Positions 12,511 through 27,000 of a stretch of DNA of 64,000 nt are shown here, one piece after another. A program made the translations under genes and the position numbers. Source of the DNA: Owenia fusiformis. Its lineage: Eukaryota. The first letter of the stretch is position 1. Every line of letters begins with the position of its first letter. The stretch lies in assembly GCA_903813345.2 (NCBI GenBank), contig CAIIXF020000001.1, positions 22,196,001 to 22,260,000 on the forward strand, written 5' to 3'. The notes beneath the pieces were generated by a model. That model was not told where the DNA came from. It made no database searches and saw only the letters and a list, made by a program, of their open reading frames with translations.

Positions 12511-14945
12511 TGCATCACTCACTAGGACACAGTGATGCTAGAGTTAAGGGATATACTGTATATCCGTCTATATCCTCATGCTACCAAGATAGAACTATAG
12601 AAGGATTGTCAACAGGAACTCTATGGTTGACAGCAATACCTAAAGATCATTATTTTTAGCTATCTGTCAATTTTGTATTCCATTAAATAGATCATAGAAT
12701 TCCATTGTTCTGGAATCCAGTATTACTAATCATGTAAGGCTGATACTTGAAATGCCATCCTTATAATCAAAATTTACAAATTATAAGTTTGTACAATGAT
12801 GAAAACCAAACAGATCAAAATATGTGAAAGTTATGTTCCTATCACTCAATCTGGAGGCATATTGTTGGGCCAATATGTTTTTTATATGGCATTATTGTAT
12901 GTCTTTATGTGTGGCATTGTTTCCATGGTTTTCTAGAAAACTGCAAACTTTCTTGAAAACTTTTGCAATGAATAATTAATTTTTGTGAATGTTGGGTAAT
13001 AACCTACAGTGGGGACATCTTGCATTGATTGACTAGTTTTTGAGAATGATGGGTAATAACCTACAGTGGGGACATATTGCATTAAATGACTAGTTTTTGA
13101 GAATGATGGATGACAGTACAGACATCTTGCAGGAAATGATTTATAGTTTTAAGTATGCTGGGTAAAAATCCAAAGTGGTAACATCTTACAGACAATGATT
13201 TATTTCTTGAGTATGCCTGGCAATGACCCTCAGTGGAGCACGATGATTTGTTTGAATGGAGACATTTTGCAACCCATTGTCTTGTTTTTTATATTTTTAT
13301 TTATATAGTGATATTTATAAATGATACACTTACAATATATAGTAAATAATATGTAACATCTGTTTTATGTTTATTTATTATTGAAGCTCAAATTGAATAA
13401 CAGCTATTCATCATTTATTCCCTGTGCTAGCTATTTAACGTTTTTTGTAATTTATTATTATTCCAAGGAAACCCCATTTTGTCAAATATAGTTAATTGAA
13501 TTAATTATTTGAATTAATTAATTGAATTAATTTGATTGTTTACATGAATTGTTTACACTTTGAATAATGGAATGATGCCTTTCTGCCTTTTGGGAATTTA
13601 TTTGAATTTTCATCGAATTCCTTCTTATTGTCACCGAAGGAAAATTGTGGAATAAAGGGGGGGGGGGGGGGGGCATTGGGAATATATAATGATCCAAAAG
13701 AATTTATATTGATCCAAACTTGTTTGGAACCCCAACCCTCTGCGATATTTATGTCACCACTACAAGTGCAGACGGTGACATTTTGCATGTTAATGCTTAG
13801 TTAATTACATAATCTGATTTCAATAATATTGGTATTGTTGTATACCTTATTCCTTATTCAATTCCCCTTTCAGAAAAGTATTGTTTTATTTTTAAAAAGT
13901 AGGTCAAATCGAGGTTAACGTGACCTACAGTAGGGGGTGTAAACTTAGATTGTATGATATATTGTTAATTTTCATTCAAAAATGCTTAATATCCTTAGAA
14001 AAGAATCTATTATCTTTCAAATAAAACAAAAATCAAGCAGAGACATATCATAACATTACTTAATGTCTCTGAATCAAGGTAAAAGCTTTTCTAAAACTGA
14101 ACTTATGCACTTTCAAAGATACATGTAGCTGGTATCTTGAAAACCCATTGAAAGCAATGGGACGCACAAATGAATAATCAACAATTTTAACTTGGTTTTG
14201 TCTTTAGCATGTACAACAAATACCAATTTGTGATTCAGTAAGAAAAAAAATAAATGCTTGATTAGGTACTATTCCAGCATTATTTCGGTGGATGATTCTA
14301 CCTATCAACCACCTAGGTAACAGCATATAAATCGAATTAGTGAAATTGAAAAATTGGTGGGAGGGCTGCGGAGGGGAGAATGAAAAATTATATATCAAAT
14401 TCGGACTTGGTTAATTATCATCATAATTTTGGTATCACAGTTTGCACAGACAGATTCAGGAACATGCAAAAAATTCAACTGTTTCAAATTCGTGATCAGA
14501 ACATGATTAGCGATTAAATAAGATGATTTTCATGAAACAAAGCATGTAGTTGGAAAGGGACTTCAATATGCTGATTAAATGATTATATATCAAATAGAGC
14601 AATAATTATCACTGCATTTTCTACAGTATTTAAGGTAACTATCAATATTTCATGAATTTTGTTTTTATTGGAATCAACTTCAGACTATGAAAACGTTGCC
14701 CCTCTACACCCCGAATCACCTTTTTTAGGCAAATGTACTATTAAAAACCGACCCCTCACCCTGCAGACATTGAGTTAAGCAGCTCCTCATTAACAAAAAG
14801 TCATATCCGGATGAAATGTTACACTCGGTAACTAAAATGGTCGTCATATAAAGCTGAACGTTAATGAGATATGTGTAAAACTTTGGAAAATGAACAACAT
14901 TTTCGCACAAGTTGTACAAAAATGACTACAGAAAGAAAAATTCTG

Positions 14946-17900
14946 TTTGATACCATTACACTAATTGATTTAGTAGACAGTCTTGTTAAAACCTTATTAT
15001 TAGTAATTCACCATGGAAATTCTTATATTTTACATTTAGCAAAGTTCATATTTATCATTCGTTTAAAAAATCGAATCAACATTGTGTAAATGATACATGT
15101 ACAATGTACATCACACTTATCACTTGTCAAGATTCAGTGACAAAATCAGTCAAACAAAATACTGCAAAAACCTCTTTTCAAATAAAATAGAGAAAGATAA
15201 AACTTTTCATATTAACTGATATTGGATAGCCGAGGACGATTTGAAAGGTAATTTTTTCTTTAAATATGTTTTAGCTGGTAAAAATGAAGATTGAATTGAT
15301 CAATTTCAATTAGAAATTCAGTTTTTGAATTGGTTTATAGAGTGACCAGATCAGCTTGACCTTGGAGTTTTAACATAGGCCATCAATTTCACTTCCAAAT
15401 ATGGAAGGTGCAAAAATTGAGCTGTCAATCAAATATTGACCTGCACGGAAAATATTTAAATTTCACTAATTGTTCATCTGGCGTTTTCTTCTGCGAACCA
15501 GAGAATTGAAATTACTGAGCAACACTCAGAATGTAACTTATTTTTTGATGAATGTATATTTATTTTTTATCATATTTGTATATTATCACAGGTCAGTGTG
15601 ACCTGTTTCAGCATTAATGAGAAAATATTGAGATTATGTATTTCTCTCTAGCGTAGCTAGGGTGAGGCAAACAGACAAGGCGCTTGCCAACGCTCGTTTA
15701 ACAGGTTTGGAAATATTTTTCGCCTCGTCGCAGGATCTGGCCTCGTCGCTTTTTCTTCCTGGCTACGTCAATGCTTCTACATATGTAGCATAAAACGAAA
15801 GGAATCAAACTCCATTAACGAAACAATGTATCATCATCGCTTAAAATTAAAGATTGATTAAAACTTATTCTACAGTGTAGACTTGAATATATTATCATCA
15901 AGATAAAAACATTTCATTCCCAAACACCTGACTTAACTCTCTGGATAGTCATGGTGATCGCTATACACGGGTTGTCATCGAAAAATTTGTCCAGCTTGAT
16001 GGAGCATGCTATTTTTCATAAAAACACTAAGAAAACTCTAGGATGAAGAAATAATTTAATTTAATTTCTTCATCCTAGGAAAACTTCACAAATTATTTTT
16101 AACTCATATGTTTCGTTATCCCAAAGGAAATTAACTACTCCATGCAATGAGTATATCATTTGCGGATAACATTCACTACTGTTTGAATAATGCTAGGCGT
16201 AAAAGTTATTGAAAACGGCGCCAGAGTATATCATAGTCTGAAATATTTTTATGAAAAATATTTAATTTTTTTGTCCAGCTTGATAGAGCACTTTTTTATA
16301 AAAAAATAATCAATATCTAATTCTCATTAATGCCTTCAGAGTTATGGTGCAAACATATATAAATATTATAATGTCACTACATCGTGCCATTTAAAAGTAA
16401 AACAAGAAATTGTACATTTTAGAGTATGATACTCTGGCGCCATTCAGATCCATTTGAGTTGCTCATAGTAGGTTAATCCGGTAGCAGACAGCTTTTTGAG
16501 TTGCATTCGCGAATATATATTCTTATATTTTTTCGAAAATCTGAAAATTAAGTCTTCGACTTTAGGTCACAGGAATGAAGATGATCACATTTGCATGTGG
16601 TTGTTTTAGCCAATTCAACTACGAAGACTCAAAGGGCATCATTATATTTGAAGAACATAAACGAAAAACGCACTGTCTAAATCAGCCTACCCTTTGCATT
16701 CGTTCGACCTCACTTCTTAATTTTAAGAGAGCTCCGTCTTCAGGTACTGTAGTTCATAACTATGAATGTTCTAATACACCCCATGTAGACAGATCGCCTA
16801 AAATTACATTCGTAGGATGTGAGACATTCACCAGGAAAGTAGAAACATTTTGTCACCCATGATGCAAATTAATAGTTTACTGCTTAATAAATGATGAATG
16901 ACAGTCGTCATATTAAGTACTATAAGTATGAGAATAGCATACTGTCTTGATATTTCAAGGTAACTCGTTCGAAAATGATGACGGTTGAAATGACGATGTA
17001 AAGATAAGACCGCAAAAAATATTTGTAGATTTCTTTGAAAAACTAAGGAATATACATCTCATATTGAAATTTTCAAAACGGAAAAACATGTATAAATAGT
17101 AAGGCGTGACGGTCCGAATCCCCCTGGTAGCATTAACATTAAGTCAAACATTTTAATATTTGAAACCCAACTATTATTCAAACGTATGATCGGACATAAG
17201 TATGATGTGTACTTCAATACCATATTAATAAAGTAAAATAATACTTATGTCCGATCATAAGTTCGAATGATAGTTGTATTTCAAATATTAATTGTATGAC
17301 ATGTATTAGACCAATGTTAATGCTACCAGGGGGAATCTGACCAGCAGGCCTTACTTTTTATATATGTTTTTTCTGTTTTGAAAAATTCGATATGTGATGT
17401 ATATTTCTTAGTTTTTCAAAGAAATCTACTAATATTTCATTACGGTTTTATCTTTACATCGTAATTTAATTTCGATCACCGCCATCACTTTTCGAACGAG
17501 TTACCTTGAAATATCAAGACGTCATGCTATTCTCAATCTCATACTTTTAGAAGTAACTGTCCTTGACCATTTATTAAGCAGTAACAAATTAATTTGCTTC
17601 ATGGGTGACAAAATGTTTCTACTTTCCTGTTTGATACCATTACACTAATTGATTTAGTAGACAGTCTTGTTAAAACCTTATTATTAGTAATTCACCATGG
17701 AAATTCTTATATTTTACATTTAGCAAAGTTCATATTTATCATTCGTTTAAAAAATCGAATCAACATTGTGTAAATGATACATGTACAATGTACATCACAC
17801 TGATCACTTGTCAAGATTCAGTGACAAAATCAGTCAAACAAAATACTGCAAAAACCTCTTTTCAAATAAAATAGAGAAAGATAAAACTTTTCATATTAAC

Positions 17901-20313
17901 TGATATTGGATAGCCGAGGACGATTTGAAAGGTAATTTTTTCTTTAAATATGTTTTAGCTGGTAAAAATGAAGATTGAATTGATCAATTTCAATTAGAAA
18001 TTCAGTTTTTGAATTGGTTTATAGAGTGACCAGATCAGCTTGACCTTGGAGTTTTAACATAGGCCATCAATTTCACTTCCAAATATGGAAGGTGCAAAAA
18101 TTGAGCTGTCAATCAAATATTGACCTGCACGGAAAATATTTAAATTTCACTAATTGTTCATCTGGCGTTTTCTTCTGCGAACCAGAGAATTGAAATTACT
18201 GAGCAACACTCAGAATGTAACTTATTTTTTGATGAATGTATATTTATTTTTTATCATATTTGTATATTATCACAGGTCAGTGTGACCTGTTTCAGCATTA
18301 ATGAGAAAATATTGAGATTATGTATTTCTCTCTAGCGTAGCTAGGGTGAGGCAAACAGACAAGGCGCTTGCCAACGCTCGTTTAACAGGTTTGGAAATAT
18401 TTTTCGCCTCGTCGCAGGATCTGGCCTCGTCGCTTTTTCTTCCTGGCTACGTCAATGCTTCTACATATGTAGCATAAAACGAAAGGAATCAAACTCCATT
18501 AACGAAACAATGTATCATCATCGCTTAAAATTAAAGATTGATTAAAACTTATTCTACAGTGTAGACTTGAATATATTATCATCAAGATAAAAACATTTCA
18601 TTCCCAAACACCTGACTTAACTCTCTGGATAGTCATGGTGATCGCTATACACGGGTTGTCATCGAAAAATTTGTCCAGCTTGATGGAGCATGCTCTTTTT
18701 CATAAAAACACTAAGAAAACTCTAGGATGAAGAAATAATTTAATTTAATTTCTTCATCCTAGGAAAACTTCACAAATTATTTTTAACTCATATGTTTCGT
18801 TATCCCAAAGGAAATTAACTACTCCATGCAATGAGTATATCATTTGCGGATAACATTCACTACTGTTTGAATAATGCTAGGCGTAAAAGTTATTGAAAAC
18901 GGCGCCAGAGTATATCATAGTCTGAAATATTTTTATGAAAAATATTTAATTTTTTTGTCCAGCTTGATAGAGCACTTTTTTATAAAAAAATAATCAATAT
19001 CTAATTCTCATTAATGCCTTCAGAGTTATGGTGCAAACATATATAAATATTATAATGTCACTACATCGTGCCATTTAAAAGTAAAACAAGAAATTGTACA
19101 TTTTAGAGTATGATACTCTGGCGCCATTCAGATCCATTTGAGTTGCTCATAGTAGGTTAATCCGGTAGCAGACAGCTTTTTGAGTTGCATTCGCGAATAT
19201 ATATTCTTATATTTTTTCGAAAATCTGAAAATTAAGTCTTCGACTTTAGGTCACAGGAATGAAGATGATCACATTTGCATGTGGTAGTTTTAGCCAATTC
19301 AACTACGAAGACTCAAAGGGCATCATTATATTTGAAGAACATAAACGAAAAACGCACTGTCTAAATCAGCCTACCCTTTGCATTCGTTCGACCTCACTTC
19401 TTAATTTTAAGAGAGCTCCGTCTTCAGGTACTGTAGTTCATAACTATGAATGTTCTAATACACCCCATGCAGACAGATCGCCTAAAATTACATTCGTAGG
19501 ATGTGAGACATTCACCAGGAAAGTAGAAACATTTTGTCACCCATGATGCAAATTAATAGTTTACTGCTTAATAAATGATGAATGACAGTCGTCATATTAA
19601 GTACTATAAGTATGAGAATAGCATACTGTCTTGATATTTCAAGGTAACTCGTTCGAAAATGATGACGGTTGAAATGACGATGTAAAGATAAGACCGCAAA
19701 AAATATTTGTAGATTTCTTTGAAAAACTAAGGAGTATACATCTCATATTGAAATTTTCAAAACGGAAAAACATGTATAAATAGTAAGGTGTGACGGTCCG
19801 AATCCCCCTGGTAGCATTAACATTAAGTCAAACATTTTAATATTTGAAACCCAACTATTATTCAAACGTATGATCGGACATAAGTATGATGTGTACTTCA
19901 ATACCATATTAATAAAGTAAAATAATACTTATGTCCGATCATAAGTTCGAATGATAGTTGTATTTCAAATATTAATTGTATGACATGTATTAGACCAATG
20001 TTAATGCTACCAGGGGGAATCTGACCAGCAGGCCTTACTTTTTATATATGTTTTTTCTGTTTTGAAAAATTCGATATGTGATGTATATTTCTTAGTTTTT
20101 CAAAGAAATCTACTAATATTTCATTACGGTTTTATCTTTACATCGTAATTTAATTTCGATCACCGCCATCACTTTTCGAACGAGTTACCTTGAAATATCA
20201 AGACGTCATGCTATTCTCAATCTCATACTTTTAGAAGTAACTGTCCTTGACCATTTATTAAGCAGTAACAAATTAATTTGCTTCATGGGTGACAAAATGT
20301 TTCTACTTTCCTG
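14946..20313. repeat. Head-to-tail tandem duplication, 2 x 2684 bp (14946-17629, 17630-20313)
   Basis: Constant 2684 offset (e.g. ORFs at 16575 and 19259); CTG microhomology at 14943, 17627 and 20311; at least six substitutions seen between the copies. Confidence 0.95.
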
Positions 20314-20374
20314 GTGAATGTCGAGTCTCGCAGCATACGAATGTAATTTTAGGCGATCTGTCTGCATAGGGTGT
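19460..20374. mobile_element. ~915-bp foldback (long imperfect palindrome) element; a right-truncated copy lies at 16776-17629
   Basis: The arms pair along almost their full length (e.g. GCAGACAGATCGCCTAAAATTACATTCG vs CGAATGTAATTTTAGGCGATCTGTCTGC; GATCGGACATAAGTAT vs ATACTTATGTCCGATC), centre near 19905. Confidence 0.85.
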
Positions 20375-21004
20375 GAAAGCTCAAAGTGGAAAAGGTCACA
20401 ACCAGCACGCATAGCGACACAGATACATGTGCTACATAGGCTAAAGTCGATACAAATAATTTTTAAATAAAGATGACATAAGAGTAGATCTGTTCTTATG
20501 CCGGGCATAAGAGTAGATCTGTTCTTATGTCCGGTACTCTGATGCCCGGCAAAGAAAAAGAGCTGGGGAGAAAGAGATAATACTGGATTCTGTTGGTGCT
20601 GCCATCTTTATATCGACCCAGAACCTATGATGTGCTATAAACCAAAACTTATCATATCGAAACTGTAAAATCATTATTGACAAGATCACGGGCTTTGCCA
20701 TGACAAGATCAATGACTAAACTTGCATGACGCAATCAATCACATTCATCAACATTTTTGATATTCATTCATCTGATGATAACCATCCAGCACGTACCGTC
20801 AAAGATCACACTTAGTTATCAACACAATGAAGTTTATCCTGCAAGTGCTTGGGACCACAGGTACAGGAAGATTTAAATCCCCCCCCAGTCACTGTATAGC
20901 TAATCTCATTGCTAAATAGTTAACTCAATGGGAAGAAGACAAACTAACATTTTGAATGTAGACTAATGATGCAAACTTCTACTGAAGGATTATTGCTACT
21001 CAGT

Positions 21005-21030
21005 GGGAATTCCCTCCAAGTCACGTGACT
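21005..21030 (+). promoter_or_regulatory. ADHFE1 proximal motifs: GGGAATTCCC (NF-kB-like) and GTCACGTGAC (CLEAR/E-box)
   Basis: Two perfect palindromes at 21005-21014 and 21020-21029, 25-50 bp upstream of the ATG. Confidence 0.45.
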
Positions 21031-21054
21031 ACTTGGTGTTCCCTCAAAATAACG

Positions 21055-24000
21055 ATGGCTGCTCGAGAAAGTGTCACTCAACTTATGAGGTTGATTTCTT
21101 CTGCTTCGTAAGTACGATTTTAAAATTGATATAAAAACATAGTGTATAAAGTACTACAAAATAGCCTTTATTCAAGAATAAGTAATGTTATTCGGTCTAT
21201 GGAATGCAAAACTTTGTTTATATAGCTGGTAAAAAAATTATATATGTCCTGCCACGCCCCCTTTTTGCTGTAGAAATGTGAGAAGCTTTCTTGTAACTGA
21301 GTTTATGAATCATTGTCATAACCATACCAATTTTTTGTTTGTTTATATGCATCTGTGTGTTATAATGCTGCTAATATTGTTCATTGTGACGCTTGTTTGG
21401 TCAAATTTGTATCAAAAAAGTCATTGAAAAATACACAAATCATTAATCTACCAATGGGCTTTCTAAATTGAAAGCCCATGGGCTTTCTAATTGAAAGCCC
21501 ATGGGTCTACCTTCCTTCTTTCCCAATTTCCTTATTGAACTTGGAGAGAAGTAAAGTATAGCTCATGATTTGGGCTTGGCCCAAATCAAAACTGCATACC
21601 GACCAGCGGCGTAACCAGGATTTTGGGAGTGTGTACGCGAGGCCGAAGGCCGAGCAAAACTAGGGGGGTCCGGGGGCATGCTCCACCAGAAATTTTTTGA
21701 TTTTAGACCTTAAATGGTGCGTTCTGAGCGATATCAGACTATGTAATGGGGCACTATTGATTGTATACATTGTTCGTGATACATGTAAAATAAAACCACA
21801 CATGACAAATTATTGCCCATTAACATGATATCATCATTCGTCACTTATGTTCGAGAAATGGAGACTAAATAAAAATGATGAAGTGGGTAAATGGCGAAAA
21901 TGAAAATTTCTACGAATAGCAGGGGCGGATCCAGGAATCAACAAGGGGGGGGGGGCACATTTCTGGTCATAGAAAACAACTTTTTGGGCCCCTAAAACCG
22001 AAAAGTGGGCCCAAATTTGAGGCCCATTTTCTTCAAAAATTTGGCCTGAAATTAAAAAATAAGGCCTTAGAAGGCCTAGTAATGACCAAAAACCCCACTT
22101 TTTTGGGCCCAATTTTTTTCTTCTCTGGGCCCAACTTGGGGGGGGGGCTGGCCCCATGCCCCCCCCCCCCCGGATCCGCCACTGAATAGGAGATCCATTT
22201 TGATACGAGGACAACCTTTTTTCGTTTTAAGCTGATCCTCATTGATTGAGCTTGTTCTAAAGTGACGTAAAAATATTGTTCTGTTATGATTTGAAAAGAG
22301 ACAGAGATTGTATAAGCAGTTTTATTATACTGATCTTGTACTTTTGCGCCAGCAATGTAATAGTTAAATTGAAGTTCTATTGTTCTGATATAGATAGGAT
22401 TTGAAATACAATCTATAATTCAAGAATTAACAAAGTACTTGAACGACAATAATCGCATATTGCCGTACATATTATGTTGTTTTAAGCAAGGAGGTATTGG
22501 AAATTAAATCAAGTTACGTTCGATCAATATTATAAGTATTTTTCATCGGAGGTTAAATAAATCGAAAAATTCAAATGTAAAGAGGCTTTAACACGTAGTT
22601 CAATGGCGGAGCTAAGGTTGCCAAACTTATGGAGGGGAGTGTAATATACCCCAAAGTGGTTTAAATTTTATATGGGGCCTTTTAAACAAATGCATTTGGC
22701 GTAAACGGCAGGGGGCCCTTGCCCCCCACTCTGTTACAATTTCACGCTTATCGAGAATAAAGTTTTTGTGAATATGCATCAATGCCAGTGAACTTAAACG
22801 GGTTTGTCCCATAGTTGATCTGAGATAAGTCTTGAGACGCCTCACCCTTACGGAAATACATTGCTGCGGCAGCGCTGCTGCAGCGCTGCCGCAGCAAATT
22901 GGCTCCAAATGTTGGATGCAGGTAATTGCAGCCAATCGCTGCGGCAGCATGATGCTGCGGCAGCATCATATTTGCAGCGAATTGGCTCCGACAGCGCTGC
23001 AGTTAATTGCAGCCTTCTCGGAGCTGGCTCCGACAGGGCTGCAGTATTTTCCCGCTCTTTTTATACCAAAAGAAAGATGGCTGACAAAGAATGTTCAACT
23101 GTAAGAGATTTGGGTAATTTTATGATTTTATAATAATAGTATGAAAATGACCAATCAAATATAGATTCAGAAGTTACTGACATACTTGAACATTCTGCAT
23201 GTCTATTTTGTGAGAGATAAAATGTAAGTATTGCTGTGTTATTCCAGTTTAGATGGGCAAATCTCATTTTCTTTGTGTATTTATAAAGGCTAAATTTTAA
23301 TTCTATTCATACAGTCAAAGTGGTCAAGCATAAATGTGTTGTGTATGAGGATTGTACCATGCAGTAAAAATATAAGGTATTTTATAAAGATTGTGAAGAT
23401 AAATACTGCTGGAGGCATAGAGGGTCCTTCAATAACTGGAGCCTTCTGGCCTTCAGGACAATTCTGAATGGGTAAAATCACCAGTGATGTCCCATAATAA
23501 TTGCTTATATCGTCTTACGTCCCGGGCCATCCTAAAATGAACAATTTGCGTGAGATTTCCAAAAATTGTGGTACTTTTATGGGAGATTTTTCCAAAATCT
23601 GGTAGTTTTTAAAAAAATTGGTAGTTTTCGCCGTAGATTTTTAAATATCGGGAGTTTTTGAGGTAAATTTTAAAACAACTGAAGTTTTTATGGTAGATTT
23701 GAAATAAAACAGTACTTTTTTAAAAAAAGCAGATTATCTCAAATTTTTTTCTAATAAAAGCAATAGTTTTTGTGGTAAATTCTGCAAAAAGTGGTACTTT
23801 TATTGGAGATTTTTGACAAAATCTGTAGTTTTTGCAAGAGAATTTTGAAAAAACTTTGGACTTTACCTTAATTAGTACGCTTTGCATGGCCAGATTTGAA
23901 TATTCACGATACTTCGAATTTGTGTGTCCCTACCCAATTTTGCATATTATTTGATGTTTTGGGTTCGTATAGTAGAAAATGAATTTTGTAGACAATAATG

Positions 24001-27000
24001 CATAATGGGTAAGAGTAATGCAAGAAAAAGGTTTTAAATATAGCTAATAAATAGGTAATACTCTGATAATTCTCATCTAACACTACCTTGTTGTTACAAT
24101 GTAATTTTCATTTTATAATCAGTCAATATTCTACATGAGCGTTGAATGGTAACAATTCCTTATTATGAACACCTATGTATTTATTAATGTAATTCTCTCT
24201 AATTTGCGTGATAATTATTTTAGTTGTTTGTTAGCTAAGAATTAATAGAGTATTACCTATTTATTGTCAATATTTTCCCATTGATGCAACTATAATGGAA
24301 GAGATAGGCATCCATCATATTGGGTGAGATGTTTTCAATCCCCCTCCCCCTAAAATACCTCAGGCCAATGGTAGCCTTCTCTGCAATTGCTGCGGTTAAC
24401 CGCAGCTCAAGTCCCAGAGTGAAATGGCTCCGACAGTGCTGCGGTTAACTGCAGCCTTCTCGCAGCATGCTGCGGCAGCGCTGCGGCAGCCTAATTTGCA
24501 TGCTGCGGAAGCGCTGCGGCAGCAGGCTGCGGCAGCACTGCGGCAGCACTGCGGCAGCCTAATTTGCATGCTGCGGCAGCGCTGCGGCAGCCTAATTTGC
24601 ATGATAAATTCCAATGTGCTGCCGCAGCGCTGCGGCAGCATGCTGCGAGAGCGCTGCGGCAGCAGGCTGCGGGAGCGCTGCAGCAGCAGGCTGCGGCAGC
24701 AGGCTGCGGGAGCCAGTAAATTTCCGTAAGGGTGAAGCTGCATTCAGCTGTTGCGGTAGAGACGGGGAGAACCAACAACAGCCATGAAACAAACTATTTT
24801 GCTTTACTTTTTTTATTTTTTAAAACAATTTATTTTTTGCTCAATCATTTAGGGTACGCGACTGCGTACCCTCGCGTATGCCTGGTTACGCGCCTGCTGA
24901 CTGTGCTTGAAAGCTTACATGTATTCTTCATTAGTCAATAGGTGAATAAATTACACAGCGAGCACTATCTATTCTAAATACTGCTATATTAGACTGTCAG
25001 TCTATTATATTATCATTCTAGACCCTGATTAACTGCCTTAAATATCACAGATCCATATCTATGAGTTCTTTACCACAAGATCACAGAAACCGATGCTATA
25101 TTTTACTTTTTCTGAAAGGTATGTTTCATGTTTCATGGCTTCAATAAAGGGGGCTAAAGAAAAATCCAGATAAGCAAGTTTAGGTTTTAGACAATGCATG
25201 TTCATTAGTTTCTAGAATCTTGCTATTAACAAAAAGATAAGATAACAGATTCTTGCTTTACTCTCAATGTCAATGGTCAATGGTAAGTTATGTCCATTCT
25301 ATGCAATAAGCAAACAACATCACTGTAGACATATGATAAGTGATAATTATAACATACCTATGATGATGTATAGTGCAAAGTGTATACAAGACAGCGGGCC
25401 AATATAAGTTGTGAAAAGCCCGCGCCCGCTAACTTTCTGATTGGTCAAGGCGCTGACGTCATAACCAATCAATCGAAGATAAAACTGCGCGAGCAATTTT
25501 TCTAAACTCATTTCAATCATTTTCAAACCATTTGTTTGTCAATTCTATAAGAAAACGGTACTCTCTGACTAGTCTACATCATCATAGGTATGTTTTAAAT
25601 CGTTTATGTCACTATCGTGGCACATATGCCCTCGGTTCTCAGAGATCAATGTCCCTCCCAAGGTCGGGCCATATATCACTGAGACCTCGGGCATATATGC
25701 CACGATAGTGACATAACCTCTAATTATGAGCACTTATATTGAACTGTAGGGAGGATTGTACATGTAGATAGAGATATACCAGCTTGTAAATTGCATGCAG
25801 GATTTTTTTTTATTTATTTACTCAATTTATTTGTTTCACTAATATATTACAAAAGTAGCTCCTCAATCGCTTTTCAGTATTGGAGAGGAGAAAGCATGCA
25901 TGCAGAAAATGAATGATATTATATTCTTACTAATATAATTCTAATTTTTTATAATTGTTCCTTTATATTTTCAGTTGCAAGTGTCCACATCATTCACAAA
26001 AATTTAGTTCTGCATTACCAGGTAAGTAAAGATGTACAGTTCAGAAGTACAACACAGAAGTACATTACAATATAGAGGTAAAATATAGTGCAGTACAGAA
26101 GTACAATACAAAAGTACATTATATAAAGGTAAAATATAGTACATACAGAAGTACATTACAGTACAGAGGTAATATATAGTGCAGTATAGAGGCACAGCAC
26201 AGTTCAAAAAGTACAGTGTAGATGTACAGTACAGAAGTACAATACAGAAGTACATTACAGTATAGAGGTAAAATATAGTACAGTACAGAGGCACAGCACT
26301 ATACAAAAAGTACAGTGTAGATGTACAGTACAGAAGTATAGTGCCCAAATTTGGTACAGAAGTAAAATACAGAATTGCAATACAGAAGTACAATAAGTAC
26401 AACAAAGACGTAAAGTCGTACCATAGTATTGTTCAGAATTATGAAATATGTACAATAGGTATAAAATTGTGTATTAAGTCCATGTCATGACTCTTTAGTC
26501 TCCATCATCAGATCCAGATTACTCTAGTAGATGGGTTGTTGACTTATGGATAACAACTCTCGAACACCCAGTACATTTTGAAGTGGAATCCATCTAGTAA
26601 TTCACCTACTAGAACATAGCATAATAATCTAGGGTGTTAAAATGACTTTGCAATTGTTTTGACATTCACTTGTATCAGATTATTTTTACTGGCTTTTTTA
26701 CTGGTATTATGCTTCATGTAATTGCTTTCCCCATTGTTTTGTTTGTTTGTTTGCTGGATTGTTTGTTTGTTTGTTTGCTGGATTGTTTGTATGGCAATTG
26801 GATCATAATGATTAATATGTCACTGTTTATATACAGATAAATTATTTGTTGTTAATGCTTGGTTCTGAGTTTTAAATAACAAGATTTACATGACATGTTA
26901 AGTTTGGAAATGGACTTTGAAGCAGAGAACCCGTTCACTCATTGTAATATGTCACCTTACATATTCTTAAAATGTTGTACATAATAAAGTACCCTATATT

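Larger units (their letters stand above)
21604..24896. mobile_element. hAT-type element with near-matching 5-bp flanks, carrying a transposase relic and nested insertions, in ADHFE1 intron 1
   Basis: Termini CAGCGGCGTAACCAGG / CCTGGTTACGCGCCTG; flanks CCGAC / CTGAC. Confidence 0.6.

Noticed and set aside
16575-19546. Duplicated 95-aa ORFs (16575-16862, 19259-19546)
   Set aside because: Near-identical only because of the tandem duplication; they run into a foldback element and show no recognisable domain.
22748-24792. Overlapping Ala/Cys/Gln-rich ORFs on both strands
   Set aside because: By-products of the stop-poor GCTGCGGCAGC repeat arrays; only the hAT-motif segments are meaningful.
26004-26455. 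Tyr/Cys/Leu-rich - strand ORFs
   Set aside because: Translation of a simple tandem repeat.
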